From the NCBI GenBank assembly GCA_051362555.1, contig CM120646.1, positions 12,152,001-12,216,000 on the forward strand: 64,000 nt of DNA, read 5' to 3'. Positions 29,449 to 43,100 of the stretch are shown here, piece by piece (positions within the stretch are counted from its first letter, which is position 1; every line of letters begins with the position of its first letter). Under the pieces are notes generated by a model. That model saw nothing but the letters and a program-made list of their open reading frames with translations. It was not told where the DNA came from and ran no database searches. The position numbers and the translations under genes are program-made. Source of the stretch: Lingula anatina (lineage: Eukaryota > Animalia > Brachiopoda).

Positions 29449-29883
29449 ATTTCCAGTGGGTTCGACCAGTGTCAATAAATTACACTGGAAAATCACCCAT
29501 GTGTTATACAACCGGAAGTTGACCCACTAACAACGTTTCTGGTTCTCTTTATCCGCTCTGTTAAACAAAACTCTCTTTGAAAAAAATATAATTAATGTTG
29601 ATTTTGTGTATGGTTACTGAGATAATGTAGCGCATGCATACAAATTATTTGCTTTATGAAATATTTCTATCCGAATTTGTTTGTAATTTTGTTGATTTGC
29701 TAAACTGAGAAAATCACTCCGCATATGCTCCACTTTAAACGATAGGTGTCGCTTTGGGTCTCCTTGACGACTGTACGTAAATATCCGACATTGTAGTGTT
29801 GTGAGCTGACAGTGGGGAAAGACTGCGTTTGTAAAAATAGGAATTTGTAGAAAAATTAAAGACATCGTAAGATCTACAACATA
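29449..29883. promoter_or_regulatory. Probable bidirectional promoter for MRPL39 and CFAP45
   Basis: 435 bp between divergent ATGs; ETS-type CCGGAAGT at 29512; X-box-like GTTACTGAGATAAT at 29613. Confidence 0.55.
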
Positions 29884-30839
29884 ATGGTGAGTAAAGGAGT
29901 TATGTTCTTCTCGTGCACATTGATTAATTACATCAATTGTGAGAGAAATATTTGAAAATGTTGTACTATTTTCATGGTGATAGATCTGATTCAGTGAGGA
30001 GAACATATAAGTACGTGTTGCATTTTGTACCATTTCTTCGAATTAGTCATTTGTTAAAGAAATAATTATTCGTTTATTACTTAAAATGTCATCTACCATA
30101 GCAAATCCGTTAGTTATTTTATTTTTTATTATATTTTATGATTATATTAAGTGACGGAAAAATATGATAACAAGAAAGGTAGGAGAAAAAAATGTACCAG
30201 AGTACTGTATTATATAATGTGAAACAGTATGTACATTCATTTTATTAAAATCCATGCATATTATGCTTGATCAAAAGCCGTATAATTTGGTTTTCACGTA
30301 TAAAATAATCTGATTATCAACCCTTTCTTTCAGCCTGGCAGTGCCATCAGTGCAGCTACGCACAGCAGTGCTTCATCAGCATCCCGAAGGGCAAAGACAA
30401 AAAATTACCGAGTCGTGAGTTACACTTCTCAGGTTGATGAAAGTTTATTTGGTACACCAAACAAAGCCGCTCAGAGAGATCTAAAAGGATACAGCGATGG
30501 GAATGACTATTTATTTCAAGAAAGCGAACCAAGAAGTGCCAAGAAGAAGAGCAGTGGGAAGAACAAGAAGGAGACTGTCCAAGTTATCACAAAGGATCTT
30601 ATCAGAAATTTAATGTTAGTATGCCATTTCAAATTTATTTTCAACGGTTTGTCAAGCTTCAGTTTTAGAGACAATATTCAAAAGTATTTTGGTAAAGGAG
30701 TCATTAGTTGATTTGGCACAACAATGTGGCTGTGGCACATTTTGTGCAGCCAGATAAGTGAAAAGTTTGTGACAAGTTTATGGACATTATCTGCTCACTT
30801 GAAATCAATTCATGGATTCTGCATTTTAATTTTTTTTTC

Positions 30840-30884
<45 letters not shown>

Positions 30885-31595
30885 GGGGGGGAGGATTTAT
30901 GGTAGCATAAACCAAGCAAATCTCTGAAGTTGAAAATGATGAAACAATGTTAGAATGTAAAATCCATCTTCTTGCAGAGTTCCAAAAGAAGATCCATCTG
31001 GTGTATCAATCATTTTAGAGGGCTATGATTTCAACCGCATCAAAAATGCTTCCATTGTTATGACACAAGAACAAAAGATGGCCGAGCTGGAAAGAATTAA
31101 GAGGGAAAAAGAGATGGCTCAGGTAATTTATAATGCTTATTGACAATAGCATCTATTAGCTTTAGTGATTTGGTCTTTTGAAATCTGACTAGATGCATTT
31201 ATAGTTGTTAGAGGTCACTGTACTGAGTAGCTGCTCATATGTTAATGTTAAATTAGTATTGGTTTGTTTGCTTGACTTAGACTTACTAGGTGGAGTGGTT
31301 CTAAATTTAACTCCATTGCTAGTTTTGTGTCCTACTATTTCTATTTTAATTTTACACATTTTTCATTCATCAAGTCTATTTAATTCATAAATGTTTGTCT
31401 GTTTGCAGGAGGAGGCCACTGCCAGGAAGCAGATGATGAAGACAATGGACATCAACAGGCAGAAGAATGGCAAGCTGAATGACTTGGAGCAGGAGGCCAA
31501 AGAGAAAGCAGAACACCTGCTTGAGAAGGCTAACTTACAGAGGCAGGAGCAGGAAGATGAAATCAAACATCTGAATGAGGTATTTTATTTCTACA

Positions 31596-31633
<38 letters not shown>

Positions 31634-34600
31634 CATTACCCATCTCACATACATCAGTTTTAGTTGGATGTGTATAAACTACCAGTGTATGCCACAAGTA
31701 TAAATGTAGCTCTTGAAAAAACAGAACAGAAATAATTTATATTAGTTCCAATTCATTTCAATGTCAAATGTAATACCCTTTTTGTTTCAAAAAAATCCCC
31801 GAGATTCAAAATTGCATATTAAAATCTAATAGATCAATAATGGCCAAAAAGCTCATAAAATGTATACATTTTGGCAGGTTGTAATAAGATATGATATCAA
31901 TTTCCAGCTCATACTGAATGCCAAGTGTCATGTTCTTTATTTCCAGCTCATACTGAATGCCAAGTGTCATGTTCTCTATTTCCAGCTCATACTGAATGCC
32001 AAGTGTCATGTTCTTTCTTTCCAGCTCATACTGAATGCCAAGTGTCATGTTCTTTATTTCCAGCTCATACTGAATGCCAAGTGTCATGTTCTTTATTTCC
32101 AGCTCATACTGAATGCCAAGTGTCATGTTCTTTATTTCCAGCTCATACTGAATGCCAAGTGTCATGTTCTTTATTTCCAGCTCATACTGAATGCCAAGTG
32201 TCATGTTCTTTATTTCCAGCTCATACTGAATGCCAAGTGTCATGCCATACGTGATGCCCAGGTCCTGGAGAAGGGCCACATCAAGACGGAGATGGAGGAG
32301 GAAGAGAAACGCTTGGACCTGATGATGGAAGTAGAGCGTGTCAATGCCATTGCCATGCAGGAGGAAATTGAGAAAAGAAGAAAAGAAGAGAAGCTGCTGG
32401 GAGCTGCTAAGGTTTTGGAACAAATTCAGGTATTGTTGGATTGACTTTCTTTTTCTACTGGAAAATACATGGATAGATGTTTGTATTTTTATATAGATAA
32501 ATAATGATTTCTATGCCAATAGTATGACATGTTAAAGATTTATGATGTCACTACAAAACAAGAATGTTAGTTTAGAATTAAGACCTGATTTTACCTATAA
32601 TAACATTTTCCATTTTATGATATAAACGTGAGCTCATACTTATTCTACACTGATTTTTTTCTTTTTCTAATTATTTTTAACCCCTTACTACGTTGTTGTT
32701 TTTTCAGGATAATGACCAAGAGCGTCTATTTGAGCTTGAGAGGAAAGATCAAGAAAACATCCAAATGCAAAAATATCTCAGAAAGCTGATGGAGGAGGAT
32801 GAACAGAAGCTGGAAAAGAAACACGCCGAGGCAGCAGCATTGAGGGTGGGTTTCATCTGCTGGAATGAAGATTGTGGATGATAAATTGAAATGATTCTGT
32901 TTTCAGAGTACACACACTTTGATTGAATAGTAGATATCCTGCTTTTTCAAACTTTTTTATTTTATTTTATTTATTTATTTATTTTTTAAATAGAAGTGTC
33001 TTAATTTTGCATCTATTTGAATTGGAATTGGAATTGAAATACTAAGCATTGGTGCTTTCATTTCTTTTTTCTCCAATGAATGATGATATCATTCTTATTT
33101 ATTGATAATTAGAAATTGAAAATTATTTAGAAATTGAAAATAATGAAAGCCTTTGTTGGACAGTATGCTTATACATAAACCTATGTCATAAGGTGTGCTG
33201 TATTTCATTATAGGAAGAGCTGAATCGCGCTAATGCAGATATGCTGCAGAGGAAAGAACTACAAGCAGAGCAAGAGAAATTGGCAGAACTCAAAGTTGTG
33301 GAATACCAGAAACAGAAAGCGGTAAGTTTCCTTACTCTTTTTGAAAAATTAAAATTGAAAATATTTAAGAAAACAGGTAGCATATACAGCAGGTTTTTTT
33401 TTTTTTTTTTATAAAACTAAAAATTGATTATGTTATTAACTTTAAACCTATAAATCTTATGTGAATGAAGTAATTGCTTGTGACTAACTAACTGTCCAAT
33501 ATTTGGGGTTTTAAATAGTAATGCAATAGGATTAACCCATGAAGTGTAAATTATGAATTAAGTAATTTACTGTTTATTAAGATGTGGAAATAAGTGCTCA
33601 TTTGTAGACTGAACTGTGGAATATCATTTCCAGGAAAGAGAAGCAGCTTTTGAGAGAGAACAGGAAAGAATACGTATTGAGAAGGAAAAGGAAACTGCAA
33701 GAATGCGTGCCTTGCAAGAACGTGCAAGGGATGAGCAGGCAGAAAGAGATGCTCTTCGTGCAAAGCGTGCACAAGAACAAGCGGAGCGTGAGTGGCGTGC
33801 CAAGGAAGCCATGGAGCAACGCAAGAAAGTTGAAACGGAGACTATGCTGAAGGTAGCGCGGGCCAAGCAGATGGACCAGAAAGAGCACTTCTTGGCAGTT
33901 CAGGCACAGAGGGAGAGGGCAGAGTTTGAGAGAGTCCTTAGGTAATATAACAGAACAATCATGAATATTTCTGTGATTTTTCATTTGTCAGCATATCACA
34001 CACCACACATTATCCTGCAGCGTAACACAATGTGAAGCTTACTCACAAAGGAAATATTTCATAATTTTTAAATCTGATATACAAACCATTGCACTTCTTT
34101 GCATATAACATTATGAAATACGAAAAAAAGTTTTACTAATTTATGCTTGCTCATGCAAAACCATGATTGACCTAGACATTTCAATCAACGGACAATGATG
34201 ATAGAAAAGTTTAGGCATGTTTATGTTTCTCTATTATATTTGTAAACTTCTTTGATTTCAGAGCACAAAAAGAACTTGTGGAGAAGGAGAAGCGCCTGGA
34301 GGTTGAAGGCATGAAGAAAAGGTACAGACATGCCGACGACGTACGGCTGCAGATCAGAGAGAAGGAGGAAGAGAAGATAAATGCAAGAAACGCTTTCTTT
34401 GAGGAAGGTGTGAAACTGGACGAGGAGGCCAGACAAAGAAGGCAAAAGTTAGATGAAATAAAGAAGAAAAAATTAGATGACCTAAGGTAGGTTGTTTTAC
34501 ATGTAACTTCAGTGATAAAACTTCCCACTCTGCTTTTTTTCCACCAAAGAAAATTTTCTGAAGTGTACATTACAACTATTGCACATTTATGGGTGACAAA

Positions 34601-34869
34601 ATTGTAGTTTCCAAAAGGCACAGATCTCTTGTTTATTAACCATAAAAAGACGTTTACTAACAAAAGAATAATCATAAATGCACAAAACATGCATAATTTC
34701 TGAAAGTCAGAAACTCTTGATGAAGATACTGCAATTTGTAAACATATTTCATGTTGAAAAGTATGCTTATAATCTGTGCTTTCTCTCTTTCAGGTCCCTT
34801 GGAATCCATGATAAATACATTGCCGGAGTGGAAAGAAAAATAAACCAGCCTCAACACATAAGTGCATAA
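29884..34869 (+). CDS. CFAP45: Cilia- and flagella-associated protein 45 (CCDC19), multi-exon
   Basis: ATG|GTGAGT at 29884 splices to PGSAIS...YRVVSYTSQVDESLFG (30333). Further exons give KETVQVITKDLIRNL, LILNAKCHAIRDAQVLEK, EKEKETARMRALQERARDEQAERDALRAKRAQE and NARNAFFEEG. Stop at 34867-34869. Confidence 0.93.
31901..32244 (+). repeat. 39-bp tandem repeat x9 spanning a CFAP45 splice acceptor
   Basis: Unit ttccag|ctcatactgaatgccaagtgtcatgttctttat; CAGs end at 31907, 31946 and so on up to 32219. Confidence 0.95.
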
Positions 34870-35696
34870 TTCTTCACAATATTCAAAGACAATAAACAAA
34901 CCCAGTCCAGTTAATCTCAACACTCACCAAAAATGAAATGCATTTATTCTGCTGTCTCCATTTTAACATATTGTAACTGACTTAAGTCTTATCGTTGATG
35001 GACATTATTGATTGGGGAAGAGAATTTACATTCAGAATGAAAGATTTTAAGTCATTTGTTGCTATTTTTTGTCTGTAGTCACTCAAGTTTTGTATGGATC
35101 AGCCACCGTGGTCCATTTCTTTAACCTGAGAATTTATTTGAGACTGGAAAAATATGTGTAAATATGTAAATATTTATATGCATTAATAATGTTAACGTCA
35201 TGTCCTCGGTGTAGTGGTTGGCCAAAAAGAAATCAATCTCCTAGAAAATTTTTGTTAAAATTTCTTCATATGGAATATTTGTTTGCTATGTAAATAAAGA
35301 AAAGGCATTTAATAAACAATTTCAAACCACTTTTTTTTTTGTGTTGTTTCCCAATTATCTGCAATCTGTGGGATTGTTTGAAGGCTAGAAATATTTTTTT
35401 CAAACAATTCCTTTCAGTCCTACTGTTTGAAAAAAGCATGTGCCGCACAAGAAGCTAAGATGTCTAATGTAAGCTACCGTAGATGCATAATCACTGTTTT
35501 CATCCGAGTGCGGTGATGCATTTTAATTTGTTTTTAAACCCCAATTCTTAATATTAATTGTATTGCTTTTACATTTACCTTTGCATTCAACAAACTTTGC
35601 TCCAAAGAAAAAATATTTCCGATTTTTATAATTAATTGAGTAAATTCTTTCCTAATCTTATCTCATTGGTACACCAGTTCTTGATAGCGCGTAGCG

Positions 35697-36159
35697 TGTG
35701 ACTGAAATGCGCAATACACTGCAATACAGCGCAACACAGTGCAATACACTTGATAACACAAGTCCAGTTGCAAGTAAACACAGGAAAGGGTAATCTCAAA
35801 TAAAATAGGGCGATATAAAAGCAAAATATAGTACATAGTAATTAATATTGCTGATACAACTTGACAATTTTTTCATTGTTTGGTCAGTTGCCATGTTGGC
35901 GAGTAGCTCCTCTTGGCCAGTAATATATCCAAGAAGAGCCACTCACCAACATGGCTGCCAACCGGACAATATAAAAGGCTTGCTGATATGTTAAGTTATA
36001 TCAATGATATTACTTACCTAGCAATAAAGGTTGTTTTTATATCACCCTGCTTTGCTGGGAATGGTCATTTCTTTTGTGTAATTGCAACTGGATTTGATTT
36101 TTGAAGTGTATTGCACTGTGTTGCGCTGTATTGCGGTGTATTGCGTATTTCAGTCACAC
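35697..36159. mobile_element. Foldback/MITE element with ~95-bp imperfect TIRs and a central palindrome
   Basis: gtgtgactgaaatgcgcaatacactgcaatacagcgcaacacagtgcaatacactt... is reverse-complemented at ~36070-36159. The inner gccatgttggcgagtagctcctcttgg pairs with ccaagaagagccactcaccaacatggc. Confidence 0.8.
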
Positions 36160-39052
36160 CGACGGCGGGCGTAGCCGTTACGTTTTCTTCCATATTTTTA
36201 TGTACAGGGTAGTGAAGCTCTGTAGGCTTTATTATATTGCAAATAAATGGCAAAATAACCTACTATAATCAAGAGCTCACAAAAATAAGTTTTATCAATT
36301 AATCCTCTAAATCATATAGATTCGCCATTCTTTGCGAATGATTTCAACAACGACTCCTGACCCCCCCCCCTCCCCCCTTCGGTTTCTGAAAAATATATCA
36401 CACCAATATTCCCCTCTTGAAATTAGAATTTTGACTAACTATATAAATTATAGTTCTACACCGTACAAAAGGGCACTGTTTGCTCTCCAAAACAACATTT
36501 TTTTAAGTAACAGCTGGAAAACCTAAGAAATTTTGTCTCAAAAGGAATATACACACTTGGGGATGGAGCCCGTTTGCGGGTTTCTCATTGGTCGGAATGA
36601 ATAGAGCCCAGAGAACAATTAGATTTCATATATATGGATCTCGATGTCCGGAAAACGTGTCCTCCTTAGCGCTTCGTGATGGAGGTTGCAAATTAAAATG
36701 CAGTCTGAAATTAATTAAAATGTGAGAAAACGAAAAAACTTAATTATTAACTTAACTTTACTATTTTTCCATCTGTGCACGCCTTCTGTTTTTTAACAAA
36801 AAGAAAAATTAGAAAATATAGTTTTATTCAACTATTATATACAGTAACATTCAATTTCAAAAGTACTCGAGTTAATCACGTAAACGCAATGAATCGATAT
36901 ATGGTAGATCAATGCTCTCGGGCCGTGGGGAAAAACCCGTCTAAACCCTTCGTGGGGAATGCCGGGAAAATGCCCACGCCCGGATACGTCAGTATAAAAC
37001 ATGACGACTTCAGATTTTCTATTGGCACGGCGCATTACAGTTCATAAATATCGTCCCGTTTTAGACAGCACGGTGCAACTGAATAAACTTTTTCTCGTGA
37101 CTACAAACTATTCTCTATATACACTATACTGGTACACAAAATGAAGCACAAGAATTTACCAAAGTACATGTAATCCCTACTGAAAGAGGTACTAAAGACA
37201 ATTCAGACATTTTCTAGAGTCTTAACACAATTAAACTAAGGCATATTTTAACTTCATCTAGGGAGATAAAGTCATAAATAAAGTAACTCGATCCTTTTAC
37301 AACTGAAAGCATACATCAGAACTTGGATATAGTTCTCTCTCATGATAAAATATATAAAAGTTCGGGTAATATGATTATTACCCAGAAACCTTAATGATTG
37401 AAATTAAATTTTGACATAACTGTTTGTAATTTTGTCCTGAAATCGCAACTACCTGTATGATACAAGTAAAAAATAAAGCAAGCTTGCTTCGACATATTTC
37501 ACATTACACTGTATGGCCGTCCATGCAAATTTCAATATGAATTTTTGGGTCCGGAGAAAAAAAGGTGTATATATGATGAATTGGATATGTTTGTCAACTA
37601 TAACACTTGAGAAAATCATAATATTAGTAATGTGCGATCCTCATTCTTGAGAGATGGCTGTGTGCACCCAGCCATCCCTCATGAGGAGCAGACTATGTAC
37701 AAAAATATAATGAAATATTTTCTCAAACGTTAAATATTTCATTATAGATTTTGCACAAGCTATCAATGTAAAACCGCTTCATGTAAAAGCGTTTACATCA
37801 AGTCGGATTTTACAAAGATGTGAGGGTTAGTTGAGGTTAGTGTGCGGATTATGATCTTCTCAAATGCTATACTGACAAACAACTCCACATCATCAAAAGC
37901 ACAAATTTGAAAAATGACTACATCACTAAGATTGAAATAAAACGCAGACGACCATAAGCGGTGGTATTCCAATGTTTTGCGAGCGAAAACCTATCTGCAT
38001 TTAGAATGTGGATAAAGCAACTGGATAGTCTATTTTAAATTTTAATAATAACTGTAGAGGCAGACTATTTTCACATAGAACCACAATTCATATTATTCAA
38101 TTGAACATTTGTGGAATTATGAAAGATCATACTGAACTTCACTTTTTCTCTTAAGCTATTGGAATAAAATGTTTCACTGTCATGAGTGAAAAAATAAAAC
38201 TTACTAAATGCAATTATACCCAACTCATATCTGTGACCCATGAAGCGCAAAAATTCTCAATAAATAAAAGACTTGAGTACATTATTAGATTGTATTCCTA
38301 TTTCATTCAATATTTCGCTCTCCATTACCATTCCACATTCTCTATTTTTTCTTTTTGCAGACAAGCTGTGTCCTTGAAAACCAAGACCGCTAAGACGTCC
38401 GATCATCAATGACAGCTACAGGGGCTCGTTGCTCGTTGCTAGCGCCATTAAGTGTTTCACATCTTGAACATTTGGGCTAGGATTGATGGTATCTGCGTTC
38501 GGGCATTCTATCTGAAAAACTGCCCTTTCGTAGCCTACAAATGAAATGTAACATGTTAACACAAAAGTATGAAAAGTAATTGAAAGCTTGCAGTTCTTGC
38601 AACAAAGAACATGCATGTCACTAGTATGTACACACCGTTAACTCTAGTATTTTCATAATTTTGTTTCATGATGCCTTGGTTCTTAACACGATTATTTTAT
38701 TTTATTTTATTTTATTTTATTTTATTTTATTTTATTTCTATAACACAACAAGAAAACCACATTATGATTAAGGAGAGTGCCAAGATTCTACAAAAAGAAA
38801 GTGACTAGAAAATAAGAGGGATATAGGAAGGAATATAAATCACGAAAAAGCCTAACGATCTGAACAATATAGACAGATGAAAATACATGCTCACCTGTAC
38901 GATGGTCTCTTAGTACCACAACGGCAGCACCAAGGGCGAGGTTGGGGATAGTAGCTCTTAGTATTCTAGACCAGTGACAACGCCACGTGTGTCACATTGA
39001 AACTGATGAAGATCTGAAAGTTGGTCGATAGGATGTCAAAATCTTATGGAGT

Positions 39053-39089
<37 letters not shown>

Positions 39090-40954
39090 AAGTTTGCGAC
39101 AACTTAAAAAGTGTTTTGTCCACGAAAATGAGTTTTTTGCATGAGTTTTTTCTTCAAGTTTGTGGCAAATTGAAAGAGCTTTTGGATTCTAAAATGTCTG
39201 CTATATGAATTTCCTTTGATAAATTTTAAATAGAAAAATGTCTACATTTAGTTGCTAGACAACAGTTTCCAAACAGTCTAATTTAAAACAATTTTTCCTA
39301 AGGCTTTGCACAAAATGTCAAGTTTGTTGAATTTGCATTGACAAAAGATTTGTAATATCTATAGAATAAATTACAATTAAGTTCCTTGTTCACCCTCTAC
39401 CCTGGCAAATAACTTACTTTAAAGGGTCCTAAATTTCAATGGTATCACAATTAGGCAAGGACTATTGAGATCTCACATGCTGATATCGCTTTCTCCATTT
39501 TAACCTTATGAAAGTGGACCGTCATCAGGCCAGGAGCTCACCAATGCTATCCGTCTCAACTTCAAAACAGAAATTTAGAAAACATTAGCTTCCCCATTTA
39601 CCTGTTCTCCCTACCCAACCCACTAACCTCAATTTTTTATCCAGAAGTGAAAGTGAGCTGTAAAATTAATGTGACTAAGGGCTTTGTCTCAAGAATTTTG
39701 TAAGGTAAGGTAACTGACTTTAGTGTATTATTCTTCGCAATAACATGAGTTACCTTTTACGGCTTGGAAGGTTTCTGTTGCCGAGAAACACCATATGCTT
39801 CTGATGTTCCCCCATGCAGCCACCTTATAAACAGGCCATGGCTGGAATCTTCTTACGATAAGTGGGAGCTATATCTAGACTTGCCATAATCGGATTCTGT
39901 AAAATAAAATAGCATTAGTTTTTCTCTATACCTCCCTCCCCCAATGTACTAACTTTGAAAAGTGGTTTATTCCAAAAGGGTGGTTAATGGCCGAGAGAAA
40001 TCATTTTACGGCGACAGTGGATCGTTTCATAACAGTGCATGTTTTTAAGAATTATGATTAGATGCTTGTTTTCTATCAGACTTTATTTCTACATTTTATG
40101 GTACAAACAAAAGTAAGCTGTTGTCTAATTTGTTTAATTTCCATAAATTGTGTATTTAAAGCAGCCTGCGGCAAAAGCAGTTCACTTAAAACAGTAATTA
40201 GTTTTATTAGAAGAACTAAATTACAATCATTTGATATCAATAATAACTCTGGACAGCTCCATTTTAATCCTTTTGGTCTAAAATTTAAGACCAATTTAAT
40301 TTTTTTTTCATGAAACCCAAATCAGTGATCTTAATGAGTAGCAATGAGTACCTGTGCCATGATTTCACCAAACTGTGAGAAGTAAGCCTTCAAGTAATCG
40401 TCTGTGCTCTTCCAAGGCAAACCCAGCACTATCAGGTCACTGGACTTTTTGCTGTCCAGCCGCTTTGTTTCCTCGTTGTGATTATCCAGGATCTCATCTC
40501 CTTTCCTTTTGTTCTCTAAAACGGTAACACTTTCTGCTTATTATTAAGGCTGTTTATTGAATTACCAACTCTTTGTTGTATCAATATCATTATTTTCTGT
40601 GTAATCAATGACTAAAATACTAATTATTGTTCGAACAAGATTTGTCAGAATGTTTCAATTGGTTATTTGACCATAAGTTTTTTTTTTAAGTTTCCAAAAG
40701 AACTTTTGATTTGTTTTCTTTTTTAATTAAACTGTTACATCATAATTCTAAAAAAAAAACGCCAAGGTCTTGTTCATAATAATATAAAAATGCAATCCAG
40801 TCCCGTTTTATTAAAATTTGTATTTGGACCAGTGAATCCCGTCTCAGACCAGTTTTAAGAAAAGTTGAGGTCCGAATGGTCAGTAAGGTGAAAGGTTTAT
40901 GGTATAGACTGCAACCGAAAAATCATTTTAGTCTATTTCTCTGCCCAATAACAG

Positions 40955-43100
40955 GGTTACCTTTAAGGGTTTTCCATCTCAGTGAAACACCATATCCCTT
41001 GGACTCTTCCCATATGCAGCCATCTCGCAGACAGACTGTGTCAAGACTCGCTGGACGCTTTCCCAAGCAGCCACCTCGTAGTCGGGCCATATCAGGACTT
41101 GCTGGACGCTTCCCCAATGCAGCCACCTCGTAAAAAGACCACGGCAGTCTCGCTGGGCACTGCCCTAATGCAGCCACCTCGTAGACAGGGCATGGCAGGA
41201 CTCGCTGGACGCTTCCCCAATGCAGCCACTTCGTAGACAGACCATGGCAGGACTTGCTGGACGCTTCCCCAAAGCAGCCACCTCGTAGACGACAGACTCG
41301 CAGGACGCTTCACTAATGCAGCCACCTCGTAGACAGACCATGACAGGACTTGCTGGACGCTTCTCCAATGCGGCCACCTCGTAGACAGACCATGACAGGA
41401 CTCGCTGGGCGATTCCCTAATGCAGCCACCTCGTTGACAGACCAAGACAGGACTCGCTGGATGCTTCCCTTATGCAGTCACCTCGTAGACAGTGTAGATG
41501 TGGCCCTCTAATCCTTGCAGTTGTCGAGTTCTGTTAAAAGAAAGAAAAAGGGATTAATGACTTTTCCTACCTATGTCAGCACTCTGCAGTCAGGCTTACC
41601 TTTAAGGGTTTCAATCTCATTGAAACACCATATGCCTTGGACTCTTCCCCAATGCAGCCACCTCGTAGACAGACTATGGCAGGACTCGTTGGGCGCTTCC
41701 CCAATGCAGCCACCTCGTTGACAGACAAAGACAGGACTCGCTGGATGCTTCTCCAATGCAGCCACCTCGTAGATAGACCATGGCAGACTCGCTGGACGTT
41801 TCTCTAATGCAGCCACCTCGTAGACAATGTAGATGTTGCCCTCTTCTCCTTGCAGCCACCTCGTAGACAGACCATGGCAGGACTTGCTGGACGCTTCCCC
41901 AATGCAGCCACCTCGTAGACAGACTATGGCAGGACTCGTTGGGCGCTTCCCCAATGCAGCCACCTCGTAGACTGTGACAGGACTCGCTGGATGCTTCCAC
42001 ACTGCAGCCACCTCGTAGACAGAACATGGCAGACTCGCACTGCGCTTCCCTAATGCAGCCACCTCGTAGACAGTGTAGATGTTGCCCTCTTCTCCTTGCA
42101 GTTGTCGAAGTTCTGTTAAAAGAAAGAAAAGAAGATTAATGACTTTTTCTACCTATGTCAGCACTCTGCAGTCAGGCTTACCTTTAAGGGTTTTCCATCT
42201 CATTGAAACACCATATGCCTTGGACGCTTCCTGAATGCAGCCACCTCGTAGACAGACCATGGCAGACTCGCTGGACGTTTCCCTAATGCAGCCACCTCGT
42301 AGACAGTGTAGATGTTGTCCTCTTCTCCTTGCAGTTCTTTCTTTTCTGTTAAAAGAAAGAAAAACGGATTAATGACTTTTCCTACCTATGTCAGCACTCC
42401 GCAGTCAGGCTTACCTTTAAGGGTTTTCCATCTCATTGAAACACCATATGCCTTGGACGCTTCCCGAATGCAGCCACCTCGTAGACAGACCATGACAGGA
42501 CTCGCTGGACGCTTCCCCAATGCAGCCACCTCGTAGACAGTGTAGATGTTGCCCTCTTCTCCTTGCAGTTGTCGAGTTCTGTTAAAAGAAAGAAAACGGA
42601 TTAATGACCTTTCCTACCTATGTCAGCACTCTGCAGTCAAGCTTACCTTTAAGGGTTTTCCATCTCATTGAAACACCATATGCCTTGCACGCTTCCCCAA
42701 TGCAGCCACCTCGTAGACAGACCATGGCAGACTCGCTGGACGTTTCCCTAATGCAGCCACCTCGTAGACAGTGTAGATGTGGCCCTCTTCTTCTTGCAGT
42801 TGTTGAGTTCTGTTAAAAGAAAAAAACGGATTAATGACTTTTCCTACCTATGTCAGCACTCCGCAGTCAGGCTTACCTTTAAGGGTTTCCCAACTCAGTG
42901 AAACACCATATGCCTTGGACGCTTCCCCAATGCAGCCACCTCGTAGACAGACCATGGCAGGACTCGTTGGCACCAATGATTGATCGAAGTAGCTGAAGTG
43001 TAGTTGTGGCCCTATTCTCCTTGCTGTTGTCAGTGGGAGCTCTATCGAGAATCGCCTTAATCGAGGTCTGTTAAAAGAAAGAAAAACGGTTTAATGACTT
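40955..43100 (-). repeat. Tandem array of six exon-like + short-intron-like units, each containing a variable-copy ~52-bp minisatellite
   Basis: The minus strand has repeated ttttctttcttttaacAG acceptors and aag|GTAAGC donors. The inner unit (plus strand) is gcttccccaatgcagccacctcgtagacagaccatggcaggactcgctggac. Confidence 0.85.

Noticed and set aside
31806-32423. Minus-strand 205-aa ORF with MTLGIQYELEIKN repeats and the alternative plus-frame 109-aa ORF
   Set aside because: By-products of the stop-poor 39-bp repeat overlapping a CFAP45 exon.
41092-42816. Several 70-160-aa ORFs with CLRGGCIGEAS / YEVAALGKRPAS repeats
   Set aside because: They arise in all frames from the 52-bp frame-shifting minisatellite; no stable reading frame.
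40955-43100. Regularly recurring aatgcagccacctcgtagac resembling a CRISPR array
   Set aside because: The intervening segments are themselves repeats rather than unique spacers; eukaryotic context; no cas genes.
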